DNA of 63,351 nucleotides, from assembly GCF_004010195.1 (NCBI RefSeq), contig NC_057750.1:6311514-6374864 (forward strand), read 5' to 3'. The DNA is from Chiloscyllium plagiosum (lineage: Eukaryota). Of the stretch, positions 35,799 through 48,802 are shown in pieces. The notes beneath the pieces were generated by a model that was given only the letters and a program-made list of their open reading frames with translations, had not been told where the DNA came from and did not search any database. The position numbers were made by a program, and so were the translations under genes. The first letter of the stretch is position 1. Each line of letters starts with the position of its first letter.

Positions 35799-36394
35799 GT
35801 AGGTCAGCAGGGGGTGCTGGGCTGGGGTTGGGGGCAGGGGCGGGCGGCGTGATGGATTCAGGGCTGAGGGTGATGGGAGGGAGGGGGCACCAGGGTCAAT
35901 ACCCACAGGCTTCAACTTTATCAGCTTTCGATCTCACGGTCACCGTTCCCCTTCCCCTTGGTGTTGGGTGATTTTTAAACTTTGTCCACCCCCTCCAAAT
36001 CTTCCCTAAAGGGGCATTAGTGAACCAGATGGGTCTTTACTCCTAATCCCAGATAGGTGCTGGATTCAAAGTCCCACCATCTGCTGCAGCAGGATTCAAA
36101 CCCAGGTACCCAGAACATTATCTGGGTCTCTTAAATAACACTGCGGTGATAATACCACTCGGCCATCATTTCCCTGTAGGTCGGGATGTGGGAACATCTC
36201 CAACTCAAAGTCTCATATCATTGCGATTTAAAAAAACACGCATGTTTATTTATATGGGTGTCCCTACCATTCATTGCCCATCCCTAGTTGCCCAGAGGGA
36301 GGGTAAGAGTCAGTCACGCCACTGTGGAGTCACATGTCAGGCCAGACCGGGTAAGGTTGGCAGATACCCTTCTCTGAAGGACATTAGTGAACCA

Positions 36395-37375
36395 TAGAGT
36401 CATAGAGATGTACAGCATGGAAATGGACCTTCGGTCCAACTCGTCCATGCTGACCAGATATCCCAACCCAGTCTAGTCCCACCTGCCAGCACTTGGTGCA
36501 TATCCCTCTAAACCCTTCCTATTCATATACCCATCCAAATGCCTCTTAAATGTTGCAATTGTACCAGCCTTCACCACATCCTCTGACAGCTCATTCCATA
36601 CACACACCACCCTCTGTGTGAAAAAAGCTGTCCCTTAGGTCTCTTATATCTTTCCCCTCTCACCCTAATCCTTATCCCTCCAGTTCTGACTTTGTCTATT
36701 TACCCTATCCATGCCCCTCATGATTTTATAAACCTCTATAAGGTCACCCCTCAGCCTCCGACACTCCAGGGAAAACAGCTCCAGCCTGTTCAGCCTCTCC
36801 CTGTAGCTCAAATCCTCCAACCCTGGCAACATCTTTGTAAATCTTTTCTGAACCCTTTCAAGTTTCACAACATCTTTCCGATAGGAAGGAGACCAGAATT
36901 GCACGCATGCAGCACCTCGCATTTGTCTGAATTAAACTCCATCTGCCACTTCTCAGCTCATTGGCCCATCTGGTCCGGATTCTGTTGTAATCTGAGGTAA
37001 CCCTCTTCGCTGTCCACTACACCTCCAATTTTGGTGTCATCTGCAAACTTACTAACTGTACCTCTTATGCTCGCATCCAAATCATTTATGTAAATGACAA
37101 AAAGTAGAGGACCCAGCACCAATCCTTGTGACACTCCACTGGTCACAGGCCTCCAGTCTGAAAAACAACCCTGCACCACCACCCTCTGTCTTCTACCTTT
37201 GAGCCAGTTCTGTATCCAAATGGCTAGTTCTCCCTGTATTCCATGAGATCTAACCTTGCTAATCAGTCTCCCATGGGGAACCTTGTCCAATACCTTACTG
37301 AAGTCCATATGGATCACATCTACTGCTCTGCCCTCATCAATCTTCTTTGTTATTTCTTCAAAAAACTCAAACAAG
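36395..37375 (-). mobile_element. CR1/HER1 LINE with partial reverse transcriptase
   Basis: EFFEEITKKIDEGRAVDVIHMDFSK.LDKVPHGRL...GVSQGLVLGPLLFVIYINDL...SKFADDTK; 3' end with CTCTATGACTCTAT tail. Confidence 0.95.
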
Positions 37376-38489
37376 TTCAACCAGGTCGGGTTTTTTTCCG
37401 ACAATTAGTTATGGCTTCCATTAGCTTTTAATTCTGGATTTTTTAAAAATAGCGTTCATATTTCAACATCTGCCCTGGTGTGATTTGAGCTCCAACTCCC
37501 AGCATTTGGAGTATTGTGTGCATTTCTGGTCACCCTACTGAAGAAAGGACATAATTAAACTCGGGAACAGTACAAAACGTTTTACTGGGATTCTGTCTGG
37601 ACTGGAGGGCTTGAGTTATATGGAGAGACTGGGACTTCTTTCACCTGGAGTGTAGCAGACTGAGGGATGACCTTATAGAGGTCTATAAAATCATGAGGGG
37701 CATTCCCAGGGTAGATAGCCAACATCTTTTGCACAGGGTAGGGGAGTCTATGACCAGAGGTCATAGGTTAACAGTGAGAGGAGTGGGTTACAAAAGGATC
37801 CAAAGGGGCAATTTTTTCACACAGAGGGTGGTGAGTGCCTGGAACAGGAGATAATGGTGGAGGTGAGCATAATTTAAGAAACATGTAGACAGGTAGATGG
37901 ATGGGATAGGTATGGAGGGAGAGGGACCAAATGCAGGCAAATGGGACTAGTTTAAATTGTGAAACCTGGGCGCCATGGACACATTGGGCTGAAAGGTCTG
38001 TTTCCATGCTGTCGACCTCTGCCTCCATGACTCAATTAGCCCGAGATTCTGAGTCCCTCGACCATGTGACGATATTGGCCGTTCCTTCAATGTCGCTGGG
38101 TCAAAATCCTGGAATTCCCTCCCTGATTGGCACCCTGTGGGTGTCCCTGCAGCAGCGGGTCAACAAAGCAATTCACCACCACCTTCTTGAGGGGCAACTA
38201 GGGACGGGCAATACTGAATAATGTGACGTTAATGGAATACCGGTCGGCATTAAAATGAAACTTTGCACCTTTCCTTCTGGGCTGGAGTTTGCTTATCGCA
38301 ATAATTATTACTTTGCCGGGTAAGGAATTCAAGTCTTGTTGAATTCTTTCCTCTCACGTCCATCAGGACATGTGCAAGAATACCAAATTTCAAACCATCA
38401 CCACAATTGTTTATAAAATACTTTGCTAAACATCTTATTCAGAGATGTTATGACACACCTCTGGAGGAGGTGAGACTTGAATCGTACAA

Positions 38490-38992
38490 TGCTTATAGTG
38501 CGGAAGCAGGCCATTCAGCCCATCGAGTCCACACTAACTTTCCAAAGAGCATCCCGCCCAAACCCGCCCCTTTATCTCATGTCTGTAATCCTGCATTTCC
38601 CAGGCTAACCAACCAAGCTTGTCCGTTCCCTGGACACTATGGGGTAATTTAGCACGGCCAATCCACTCTAACCTGCACATCCCTGGACACTATGGGGCAA
38701 TTTAGCACGGCCAAATCCACCCTAACCTGCACATCCCTGGACACTATGGGGCAAGTTAGCACGGCCAATCCACCCTAACCTGCACATCCCTGGGCACTAT
38801 GGGTAATTTAGCACAGCCAATTCACCCTAACCTGCATATCTTTGGACTGTGGGAGGAAACCAGAGCACCCGCAGGTAACCCATGCAGGCGCAGGGAGAAT
38901 GTGCAAACTCCACACAGACAGTCACCCGAGGCTGGGATCGAACCTGGGTCACTGGTGCTGTGAGGCAGCAGCGCTAGCCACTGAGCCACTGT
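38490..38992 (-). mobile_element. HE1-type SINE with about 4 internal 50-bp tandem repeats
   Basis: CCCTGGACACTATGGGG.AATTTAGCACGGCCAA.CCACCCTAACCTGCACAT repeated at about 38628-38840. Confidence 0.85.
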
Positions 38993-39449
38993 AAACCCAG
39001 GCCTCCTGGTCCAGGTGTAGTGATGCTACCACAAGAGAGCCCTCATCACTGCAGTTGAAATTTGCAGTGTTGATTGGTTTCATTCCTGCTGGTACTGTGC
39101 GGGTGTTGGTGCGAGATTTCCTTTAACGGGCCACTGCTGTGAGTCCAATAAGACGTTCCGGCCGCAGTACAATTGAGCAATGCCACGTGTGGATTCCTGT
39201 GCTACTGCGATGCCACCCAGGTCCATTGGCTAGTTGAATTAGAAATCCACTGGCTGTTTGCATTAGGCAGGGTAAAGACTGTACCCAAGCAGCCTTATCT
39301 TCCAAAACCAAGACAAATACTGTCAGCTGCAACTCACTGTTTGGACAGCACTGACTGAACAACCCAGAGTGTGCCACTCACTACCCTAACGCCGTTTTCA
39401 AATCATTTGAGTCCAAAGTATGGCTCAAGTCGACCACGATCTCATTGAA

Positions 39450-39960
39450 TGGTCTCCCTCCTATCGGAAGGATCTTGTGAAACCTGAAAGGGTTCAGGAA
39501 AGATTTACATGGATGTTGCCAGGGTTGGAGGGTTTGAGCTACAGGGAGAGGCTGAAAGGGCTGGGGCTGTTTTCCCTGGAGCATCACATAAATATATATA
39601 CACACAGACACAGACACACACATACACAGATGAAAATGCACCCACAGATGTACACAGGCACACACACACACACATACATACACAGATATAAATACACTCA
39701 CACATATACACAGACATACAGATATATGCATAGCCACACATATACACAACACAGAGATATAAACATACCCACTGATGTACACACACACACACACACAGGC
39801 ACAATTGCAACCTTTAAAAGGCATTTGGATGGGTATATGAATAGGAAGGGTTTGGAGGGATATGGGCTGGGTGCTGGCAGGTGGGACTAGATTGGGTTGG
39901 GATATCTGGTCAGCATGACTGAAGGGTCTGTTTCCACGCTGTACGTCTCTATGACTCTAT
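39450..39960 (+). mobile_element. CR1/HER1 3' fragment with internal (CA)n tract (39585-39797)
   Basis: WSPSYRKDLVKPERVQERFT..LPGLEGLSYRERL; TFKRHLDGYMNRKGLEGYG. Confidence 0.85.
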
Positions 39961-40249
39961 GAATGAAGGAACAGGCTCAAGGGACTGAATGGCCTCCTCC
40001 TGTCCCTATAAAACAGGGGCCCATTCTTTGGAAACCAAAGGGATATGTTCAAGGCCTGTCCCTCCTAACAGCCTATCCCCTTGCTTTCTTCATGACAATG
40101 CCTCGTTCAGTCAGAGCTGACCAATGAGCTTGCAGCTTTTCCCTTGCTGTTCTGGGATTTGCCTGTTTGGAATTTGGCATTCTTGCATTGGTCCTGAAGA
40201 GTGTAAACCTTTGTGCTCCCCAAACTAACGTTTCTTGTTTTAACGTCAG

Positions 40250-40421
40250 CTCTCAACAGCCTGACCGGTGAGCTCAAGGGCAAATATTACCCTCTGTCCA
40301 GTATGTCTGACGCCGAGCAGCAGCAGCTGATTGATGACCACTTCCTGTTTGACAAGCCAATCTCCCCACTGCTCCTGGCCTCTGGAATGGCCCGCGACTG
40401 GCCTGATGCAAGAGGAATTTG
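40250..40421 (+). CDS. ckm: creatine kinase M-type, coding exon 4
   Basis: [16 protein letters not shown]...DHFLFDKP...[16 protein letters not shown] branch point and GTCAG| acceptor, TG|GTGAGT donor; 172 nt. Confidence 0.98.
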
Positions 40422-40644
40422 GTGAGTAATTGCAAAGATGTTCAACCCGCAAACGCTATTAGCCCCCAGAGTCGAACACACAGTGAGAGGCCATTCATCC
40501 CAACCATTCCTGCTGGTATTAATGCCCATCCCTCCCATCTCTATCCCTGACCCCTTTCTCATTTCATTTCCTGTGTCCCTTTGTGTTTAGTCTCCTTAAA
40601 CACTGTTCACCTTCATTAGCACTCACTTCCACATCTTTCCTAAA

Positions 40645-41048
40645 GTGAGGCGACCAGAACTGCACACATTACTCCAAATGTGGCCTAACCAAGGTCCTGT
40701 ACAGGTGCAACATCACTTTATGACTCTTGAATTCAATCCCTCTGCTAATGAACGCTAATACACCATAGGCCTTCTTACAAGCTCTATCCACCTGAGTGGC
40801 AACTTTCAAAGAGCTATGAACATAGACCCCAAGATCCCTCTGCTCCTCCACCTTACTAAGAACCCTACCGTTAACCCTGTATTCCGCATTCTTATTTGTC
40901 CTTCCAAAATGGACAACCTCACACTTGAAAGGGTTGAACTCCATCTGCCACTCCTCAGCCCAGCTCTGCATCATATCTAAGTCCCTTTGCAGCCGACAAG
41001 AGCCCTCCTCACTATCCACAACTCCACCAATCTTCGTATCGTCTGCAA
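40645..41048 (-). mobile_element. CR1 LINE RT fragment
   Basis: FADDTKIGGVVDSEEG..RLQRDLD..QSWAEEWQMEFNP.KCEVVHFGR...LVRPHLE. Confidence 0.9.
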
Positions 41049-41060
41049 AATGTCTGCAAC

Positions 41061-41640
41061 ATGACTGTATAACTCTATGACTGTATAACTTTATGACTGT
41101 ATAACTCTATGACTGTATGACTCTAAGACTCTATAACTCTATGACTGTGTTACTCTATGACTCTATAACTCTATGACTGTATAACCCTATGACTGTATAA
41201 CTCTATGACTGTATGACTCTATAACTCTATAACGCTATGACTGTATAACCCTATGACTGTATGACTGTGTGACTGTATAACCCTATGACTGTATAACCCT
41301 ATGACTGTATGACTCTATAACTCTATGACTGTATAACCCTATGACTGTATGACTCTATGACTGTGTTACTCTATGACTCTATAACTCTATGACTGTATAA
41401 CTCTATGACTGTATAACCCTATGACTGTATAACTCTATGACTGTATGACTCTATAACTCTATAACACTATGACTGTATAATTCTATGACTGACTCTATAA
41501 CGCTATGACTGTGTGACTCTATGACTCTATGACTGTATAACCCTATGACTGTATGACTCTATGACTCTATAACTCGATAGTCCTATGACTGTATAATCCT
41601 ATGACTGTATAATCCTATGACTGTGTGACTCTATGACTCC
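41061..41640. repeat. 8-bp degenerate satellite (CTATGACT / GTATAACT)
   Basis: About 580 bp of 8-nt periodicity; the unit equals the CR1/HER1 3' tail. Confidence 0.95.
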
Positions 41641-41787
41641 ATGAGAAAAGAAAAGTGTTGGAAGTTCCCCTCCCATGTTACCAAGAAAATATCTCCCTGT
41701 GTCCTTGGTGCTGGAGGTGAGGTCGGGGAGGTGGGGGTGTGCCAGAATGGTTTGATTGATGCTTTTGAATTTTGGTTCTTGACTCAG

Positions 41788-41911
41788 GCATAATGACAAC
41801 AAGACTTTCTTGGTCTGGATCAATGAGGAAGACCATCTCCGAGTCATCTCGATGCAGAAAGGTGGCAACATGAAGGAGGTGTTCACACGCTTCTGTGTGG
41901 GCCTGAAGAAG
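41788..41911 (+). CDS. ckm: creatine kinase M-type, coding exon 5
   Basis: [41 protein letters not shown] (NEED motif), read by hand because it is absent from the ORF track; CTCAG| acceptor, AAG|GTAAGA donor; 124 nt. Confidence 0.98.
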
Positions 41912-42129
41912 GTAAGATGGCTCGGCCAGTCCAGTCAGACGCCGGCCGACAAAATGGTGGTGGGCCTATCCTGACACAGCAAGAGTCCAAACTGTCTCGC
42001 TGAGACCAAACATGGCTCTCATTCCCTCCCCTGAAGCCCAGCCTGTTTGTATCTCTCGAGTAACCGATAAGTTTCCTTTCAAAACCGAACACGGAAACTA
42101 CTGGAGAAACTTGCTCTGTGGAGAGAGAA

Positions 42130-42545
42130 AGCCGAGTTATGAAGGGTTATGGGGAGAGGCTGAATAGGCTGGGACTTTTTTTTTAACTGGACAGTAGGAG
42201 AATACAGAGGTTTTTCACAATCCCAAGAGGTATAGGTAAGGTGAACGGCAGGTGTTTTTTTCCCTGAGGTGGGGAATTTCACAACATTTTTAAGGTGAGA
42301 GGAGAAAGATTTAAAAAGGACGTGAGGGGCAACGTTTTTACACAGAGAAGTGGTTCGTGTGTGGAATGAACTCCCAGAGGAAGTGGTGGATGTGGGTTTA
42401 AAAAACATTTGGATAAGTTCATGGATAGGAAAGGTTTGGAGGGATATGGGCCAGGAGCAGGCAGGTGGGACTAGTTTAGTTTGGGATTATGGTCAGCACG
42501 GACTGGATGGGCCGAAGGGTCTGTTTCCGTGCTGGATGACTCTAA
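42130..42545 (+). mobile_element. CR1/HER1 3' fragment
   Basis: VRVWNELPEEVVD and the shared 3' UTR. Confidence 0.8.
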
Positions 42546-42812
42546 AGGTCACCGGAGCTGATATATTACCTCTGGTTTTTCTCTCTCCCTCTACAGATGC
42601 TGTCAGACCTGCTGAGTTTCTCCAGCGATTCCTGTTTTTGTTTCAGACTGCCTGCATCTGCAGTTCTTTGTTTTATGCCGAGGCACGGTTTATTGGGAGG
42701 GAGGAGATTCCAGTGGGGAACAGAAAGAGACTAGTCAGGCCGAAAGGCCTGTGATGTTCAGTAGGATGCTGGGGATTCATTCTCCAATTCTTAACGTTGT
42801 TTCGTGATGCAG

Positions 42813-43002
42813 ATTGAGGAGATCTTCAAAGAGGCCGGACGTGGTTTTATGTGGAATGAGCATCTTGGCTATGTCCTGACCTGCCCATCTAACCTGGGCA
42901 CTGGTCTGCGTGGTGGTGTCCACGTTAAAATCCCTCACCTGTGCAAGCATGAGAAATTCGCCGAGGTCCTCAAGAGGACGAGGCTGCAGAAGCGTGGTAC
43001 AG
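42813..43002 (+). CDS. ckm: creatine kinase M-type, coding exon 6
   Basis: [33 protein letters not shown] (phosphagen kinase active-site signature, Cys283); TGCAG| acceptor, G|GTAAGG donor; 190 nt. Confidence 0.98.
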
Positions 43003-43464
43003 GTAAGGGCCCCATGGGAATGCGCTGATTCCCCTCTTTCCCCCAGCAACTACATCCAAATGGCTGCCACAGCGGCTGACAAGAAAATAAATGGCCAGAA
43101 CGTAACATGATCAAAATGGCTGCCCCAGTGGCCGACATGAACAAAATGGCTGCCCCAGTGGCTGACGGGAAAGTAAACGGCCAAAATGTAACATACCCAA
43201 AATGGCTGCCACATTTTGGCCAACATGAAGAAAATGGCTGTCATCGTGGCCGACAGGAAAATAAATGGTCAAAATGTAACGTGAAGCAAAACAGCTGCTG
43301 CAGAGGCTGCTATAGGAAAGAGTTGGCTATGAGTGAAGGTAATGTGGGCAAATGAACCCTTTCGGATATTTGGGGGATATGCTAAGATCGACAGGGCTCT
43401 CTGGTGGTTTTTGGTCACTTGTGTTATAAGACGGTAGTCTAATTGTTGTCCTTTGGCCTGCCAG

Positions 43465-43643
43465 GTGGTGTCGACACTGAAGCAGTTGGCAGTGTCTATG
43501 ACATCTCCAACGCTGACCGCCTGGGCTTCTCTGAGGTCGAGCAGGTCCAAATGGTGGTTGATGGCGTGAAGCTGATGATCGAGATGGAGAAGCGACTGGA
43601 GAAGGGGAAGAGCATCGATGACCTGATGCCAGCCCAGAAGTAA
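43465..43643 (+). CDS. ckm: creatine kinase M-type, last coding exon
   Basis: [28 protein letters not shown]...[16 protein letters not shown]| acceptor; 179 nt; total CDS 1146 nt. Confidence 0.98.
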
Positions 43644-43861
43644 ACCAGAAGAGCCAGTGGCAGACCAGAGAGGAATTCTGAGCTGCCTCGGAACATCACA
43701 GGTCATGAACTTTGAACTTTGGAGGGAGCTTCTCACCCTTGTACTTCCTAGGCCACAGGCTTATCTTTCAGATACAGACAACATCACTCGTGGAAATGGA
43801 AGGTTGGCTTTAGTCGTGTGGAAATGCTCCCAGACACCTCTTAACACTGACAGAACACACC

Positions 43862-43867
43862 AATAAA
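43862..43867 (+). terminator. ckm polyadenylation signal
   Basis: AATAAA about 220 nt after the stop, followed about 15-35 nt later by GU/U-rich TGTCTGGTCTTTTTTCTTGT. Confidence 0.85.
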
Positions 43868-44767
43868 ACATGGCCCCAGATGTCTGGTCTTTTTTCTTGT
43901 ATTGCTGAGTCGGGTTATTGTAGAAATGGGGGTGGCGGGAAAATATTTCCTCTTCTTCCTAATCCAGAACAACCATGAATTTTTTTTCCCTCCTTTTTTT
44001 GAACTGACTGACGTTGAGCTGAATTGAACGATTTTGACTTGAAAGTGAGAGAGGCTGATCTCAGTACGATTGGTGAGAATTCCGATCTGGAGGTCTACAA
44101 TGCTACGGAAAATGTTCTTCTTATTCACTCATGGAATGTTTACGTTTTTTTTCCCAGCTGCCCCAGAGGGCAGGTAAGAGTCAGCTACATCGCTGTGAGT
44201 CTGGAGTCACGTGTAGGCCCAGAACGGGTGAGATTGGCAGATTTCCTTCCCTAAAGGACATGAGTTTTCATGCCAGTGGCTATATACTAATCATTAGACT
44301 ATCCTTTAATTCCAAGAGTTAAAAACAAATCTTTGTTTAGCACTAGCCTCATACACTGCAGAAGAAGACCCTTCGGCCCAACTCATCCATGCCGACCAGG
44401 TTTCCCAAACTAAACTCGTGCTATTTGCCTGCATTTGGCCCATACCACTCTAAATCTTTCTGATCCACGTACCTGTCCTTTAGAACGTAAGAACTAGGAA
44501 AGGGAGTAGGCCATTTGGCCCCTCGAACCTGTTCCCCCATTCAATAAGATCATGGTTGATCTTTATCATGGACTCAGCTCCACTTACTCATCCACTCACC
44601 ATAACCTTAAATGTCCAAACGTCTTTTAAATGCTGTAATTGTACCAGCCTCCATCACTTCCTCTGGCAGCTCATTCCACACACGCATCACCCTCTGTGTT
44701 AAAAAGTTGCCCCTTAGGTCCCTTTTATATCTTTCCCCTCTCACCCTAAACTTATGCCCTCTAGTCA

Positions 44768-45212
44768 AGATTAGAGTGGTGCTGGAAAAGCACAGCAGGT
44801 CAGGCAGCATCCGAGGAGCAGGAAAATCGACGTTTCGGGCCGGAGCCCTTCATCAGGAATGAGGCAGGGAGCCTCCGGGGGGGTGGAGAGATAAATGGGA
44901 GGGGGGTGGGGCTGGAGAGAAGGTAGCTGAGAGTACAATAGGTGGATAGGGGTGGGGGTAAAGGTGATAGGTCAGAGAGGAGGGTGCAGCGGATAGGTGG
45001 TAAGGGAGATTGACAGGTAGGACAGGTCATGAGGACGGTGCTGAGCTGGAAGGTTGGAACTGGGGTAAGGTGGGGGGAGGGGAAATGAGGAAACTGGTGA
45101 AGTCCACATTGGTGCCCTGGGGTTGAAGAGTCCCAAGGTGGAAGATGAGGCGTTCTTCCTCCAGGCGTCTGGTGGTGAGGGAGTGGCAATGGAGGAGGCC
45201 CAGGATCTGCAT
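44768..45212 (-). mobile_element. Penelope-like element 3' end nested in a CR1 fragment
   Basis: ILGLLHCHSLTTRRLEEERLIFHLGTLQPQGTNVDF (GIY-YIG C-terminus), pyrimidine-rich UTR and a hammerhead. Confidence 0.85.
44825..44860 (-). ncRNA. minimal type-I hammerhead ribozyme motif
   Basis: AUUC-CUGAUGA-A-GGGC(UCCG)GCCC-GAA-ACGU-C-GAUU, downstream of the GIY-YIG remnant on the same strand. Confidence 0.8.
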
Positions 45213-46486
45213 GCCATCTGGTTTCAGACTCCCCCACCCCAGATGCTTGGCTATTCACCTTATCTATGCACCTCTATAAGGTCACCCCTCAGCCTCCAAC
45301 ACTCCAGGAAGAAAAGCTCCTGCCTCCCCAGCCTCTCCCTAGAACTCAAACCCTCCACTAAACATAACAGGCAACTCGACAGTGTGTCCGGTTATTAGAG
45401 ACAGGAGATTAACACCGCTGTCTGTATCTTTGGAACTGACTGGCTGGAGAATCGATGGAGGTGTGAGTCAAATCGTTTTGTTCCAAAATGGCGAGTGATT
45501 ACGATCTGGAATGCAGCGCCTGAGACTATGGTGGAGGTGGGTTCCATCGGGGTTTTCAAAATTGGCTCAGCCCCTGGGGGAAACAAAATACTGTGTGGGG
45601 AGACTTCGAGGAGAGGATGATCGGGGAGGGCGGGGGGAGTGCGGATCTAACGGAATTCCTCTTTGACAAAGCCAGACCGTGGCATTACTGTAAGGGAGTG
45701 GTAATGTCCCTCAAGTAACACCACAATTCAGGCTGATGTTATGGGGTCGTGTGTTCAAACCTCTCCATCGCAGATGGGGTGAAGAAGTGATGAGTCTTGT
45801 TGTTGTTGGAAACCGACCCTTCTTAGATGGAGAGCGTGGAACGACTTCAATTGGTCATCCCAACTCGGTTTTGACAGAGCTCCCTCTTTGTCTCTCTGTC
45901 TCTGACCTTTGGTGGTCATTGTACCGCCCCTGACTGTCTTCACGTGCAAATTGGTAATTGAATCAGAAACACCCGCGATTTAGTGGCGAAAAGGAAATGC
46001 TTAATGGTGCATTTTAAAAATCCCTGCATATATTAAAAAGAACCCCATCTGGATCATGAATGCCCTTCAGGGAGGGAAATCTCCCTTACCTGGTCCTGAC
46101 CCACAGCTGACTTTTAACTGGGCGGTTAATGCCTAGCATATCCTCTGAACAAATTAGTCACTGAAGCTCAGTCTGTGTAAGAAAACTGTGACCTCCCACC
46201 TTTGACCCCAGGGGACATATTTCCCGAGCAACTCCCCCGCCCCCAACCCAACAACAAAAACTTGCACTTGTGTAGCACCTGCCCCGTTCATTCCAATTAA
46301 GCCAAGGGACCAAAATCAATACCCGCCGTGACGCACTTGTTCTAAAGTGACCTCTGCATTGGAGGGAAATAGGCCCTTCTGCCCAGATGGTCTTTGCCAA
46401 TCTTTACTGTCCACATGAGCTTCCCCAACCCGCTCAACTCATCCATGCTCCTTTTCAACTGCTGCATTTGTCCAGATTCAAATTCC

Positions 46487-47160
46487 TAGAGTCACAGAGA
46501 TGTACAGCACGGAAACAGACCCTTTGGTCCAACCTGTCCATGCCGAGCAGATATCCCAATCCAATCTAGTCCCACCTGCCAGCACCCGGCCCATATCCCT
46601 CCAAACCCCTCCTATTCATATACCCATCCAGATGCCTCTAAAATATTGCAATTGTACCAGCCTCCACCACTTCCTCTGGCAGCTCATTCCGTACACGTAC
46701 CACCCTCTGTGTGAAAAAGTTGCCCCTTAGGTCTCTTTTATATCTTTCCCCTCTCACCCTAAACCTATGCCCTCTAGTTCTGGACTCCCCGACCCCAGGG
46801 AAAAGACTTTGTCTATTTATCTTATCCATGCCCCTCATGATTTGTAAACCCCTATAAGGTCACCCCTCAGCCTCCGATGCTCCAGGGAAAACAGCCCCAG
46901 CCTGTTCAGCCTCTCCCTGTAGCTCAAATCCTCCAACCCTGGCAACATCCTTGTAAATCTTTTCTGAACCCTTTCAGGTTTCACAACATCTTTCTGATAG
47001 GAAGACTAGAATTGCACGCAATATTCCAACAGTGGCCTAACCAATGTCCTGTACAGCCGCAGACTGACCTCCCAACTCCTGTACTCAATACTCTGACCTA
47101 TAAAGGAAAGCAAACCAAATGCCGCCTTCACTATCCTATCTATCTGCAACTCCATTTTCA
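46487..47160 (-). mobile_element. CR1/HER1 LINE 3' portion; further pieces at about 47190-48100
   Basis: MRGMDKINRQSLFP.VGESRTRGHRFRVRGERYKRDLRGNFFTQRVVRV.NELPEEVVEAG. Confidence 0.92.
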
Positions 47161-48506
47161 ATAATTCAATTTAATTTTTCCAATGGTGCATAGGGGATTG
47201 AGGGATGACCTTCAGAGGTTTATAAAATCACAGATAGGGTGGATGGCGAGTGTCTTTTCCCTAGGTTTGCGCACTTGAAGACTAGGGGCCATAATTTTTA
47301 AGGTGAGAGCAGAAAGATTAAAAAAAAGACATAAGGGGCAATTTGTTTTTACACAGAGAGTGGTTCTTGTGTGGAATGAACGTCTAGACGGAGTGGTGAA
47401 TGTGGAGACAGTTACAACACTTAAAAGACATTTAGATAAGTCCATGAATAGGAAATGTTTGGAGGGGTATGGGCTAAGGGCAGGCAGATGGGACTAGTTT
47501 CATCCGGACGCTCACTCCACTTTCTGTGTGAAAACGTTGCCCCTCATGTCCCTTTTACGTCTTTCTCCTCGCATCTGAAAACTATGTCCCCTAGTCTTGA
47601 AACCCTCACTCTACGGAAAAGGGACCCCATCCACACCCCTATGATTTTATAAACCTCTATCAGGTCACCCCTCAGCCTCCGCGCTCCAGGGAAAACAGCC
47701 CCCTCCTTATAAGTTGCACCCTCCATTTCCAGCAACATCCTGGTGAATCTTTTCTCAACCCTGTCTGATGGAGATTAGGGAATTCACAAAATAGGTACGA
47801 GAACTTACGGGGTCAGGACAACTGGGGAGTGCAAAGGTCAGTGAGTATGGGGGATGCTGGGTAAGTGAGAATTGGCATGAGTTAGAGATGAACTTCCAGA
47901 GGAAGTGATGGATGCAGGTACAGTTACACATCTATCCAATTACAACATTTAAGAGGCATCTGGATGGGTACATGGATAGGAAGGTTTTGTAGGGATATGG
48001 TCCAAATGCTGGCAAATGGGACCAGATTGGGTTGGGATGTCTGGTCGGTATGGACGAGTTGGACCAAAGGGTCTGTTTCTGTGCTGTACATCTCCATGAC
48101 AGCTGTTATTTGAGACCAGAATTCTCACCATTTTTCGAGATTTGAAAACTGTCTCTTTACCAGACACCAGTCCTCAACACTCATAGTGGCGCCCTTCCCC
48201 CTGATTTTTAACGTTTGGAAAGAGAGCGTGTTTCCTGACTGTCTGTCCATTTCGATCTTCGGGTAATGAACAGCGGTGTGAGCACAACCCCCCCAAGGGT
48301 GAGGTTAGGTGGTAATCACCCAAAGGCCTGGCTTAACACAGAGAAACAGGAACTCCCAATTCCCCACCAGGGCAGAGCCCAGTGGGTCTCACACGAATAA
48401 ACCGACATCCTGAAGCTGGTCACAGCAGCAGCCAGCTTCTGAGCTATTTTCAGGGTCTTAAAAAACAATCCACTAGCCGTTGGCAACCGTGGATCTGGAG
48501 AGGGAG

Positions 48507-48802
48507 AATCCCTACTGCATGGAAACAGGCCCTTCGGCCCAACAAGTCCACACTGACCCAGTCCCCTTACCTAATTACTCTACACTCACCCCTGACTAAT
48601 GCACCCAACCTGCACATTCCTGAACACTATGGGGACAATTTCCCACGGCTAATCCACCCTGACCTGCATGTCTTTGGACTGTGGGAGGAAACCCACACAG
48701 ACACGGGGAGAACGTGTAAACTCCACACAGACAGTCGCCCGAGGGTGGAATCGAATCCAGGTCCCTGTTGCTGTGAGGCAGCAGTGCTCACCACTGAGCT
48801 GC
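48507..48802 (-). mobile_element. HE1-type SINE
   Basis: Head and core motifs. Confidence 0.8.
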
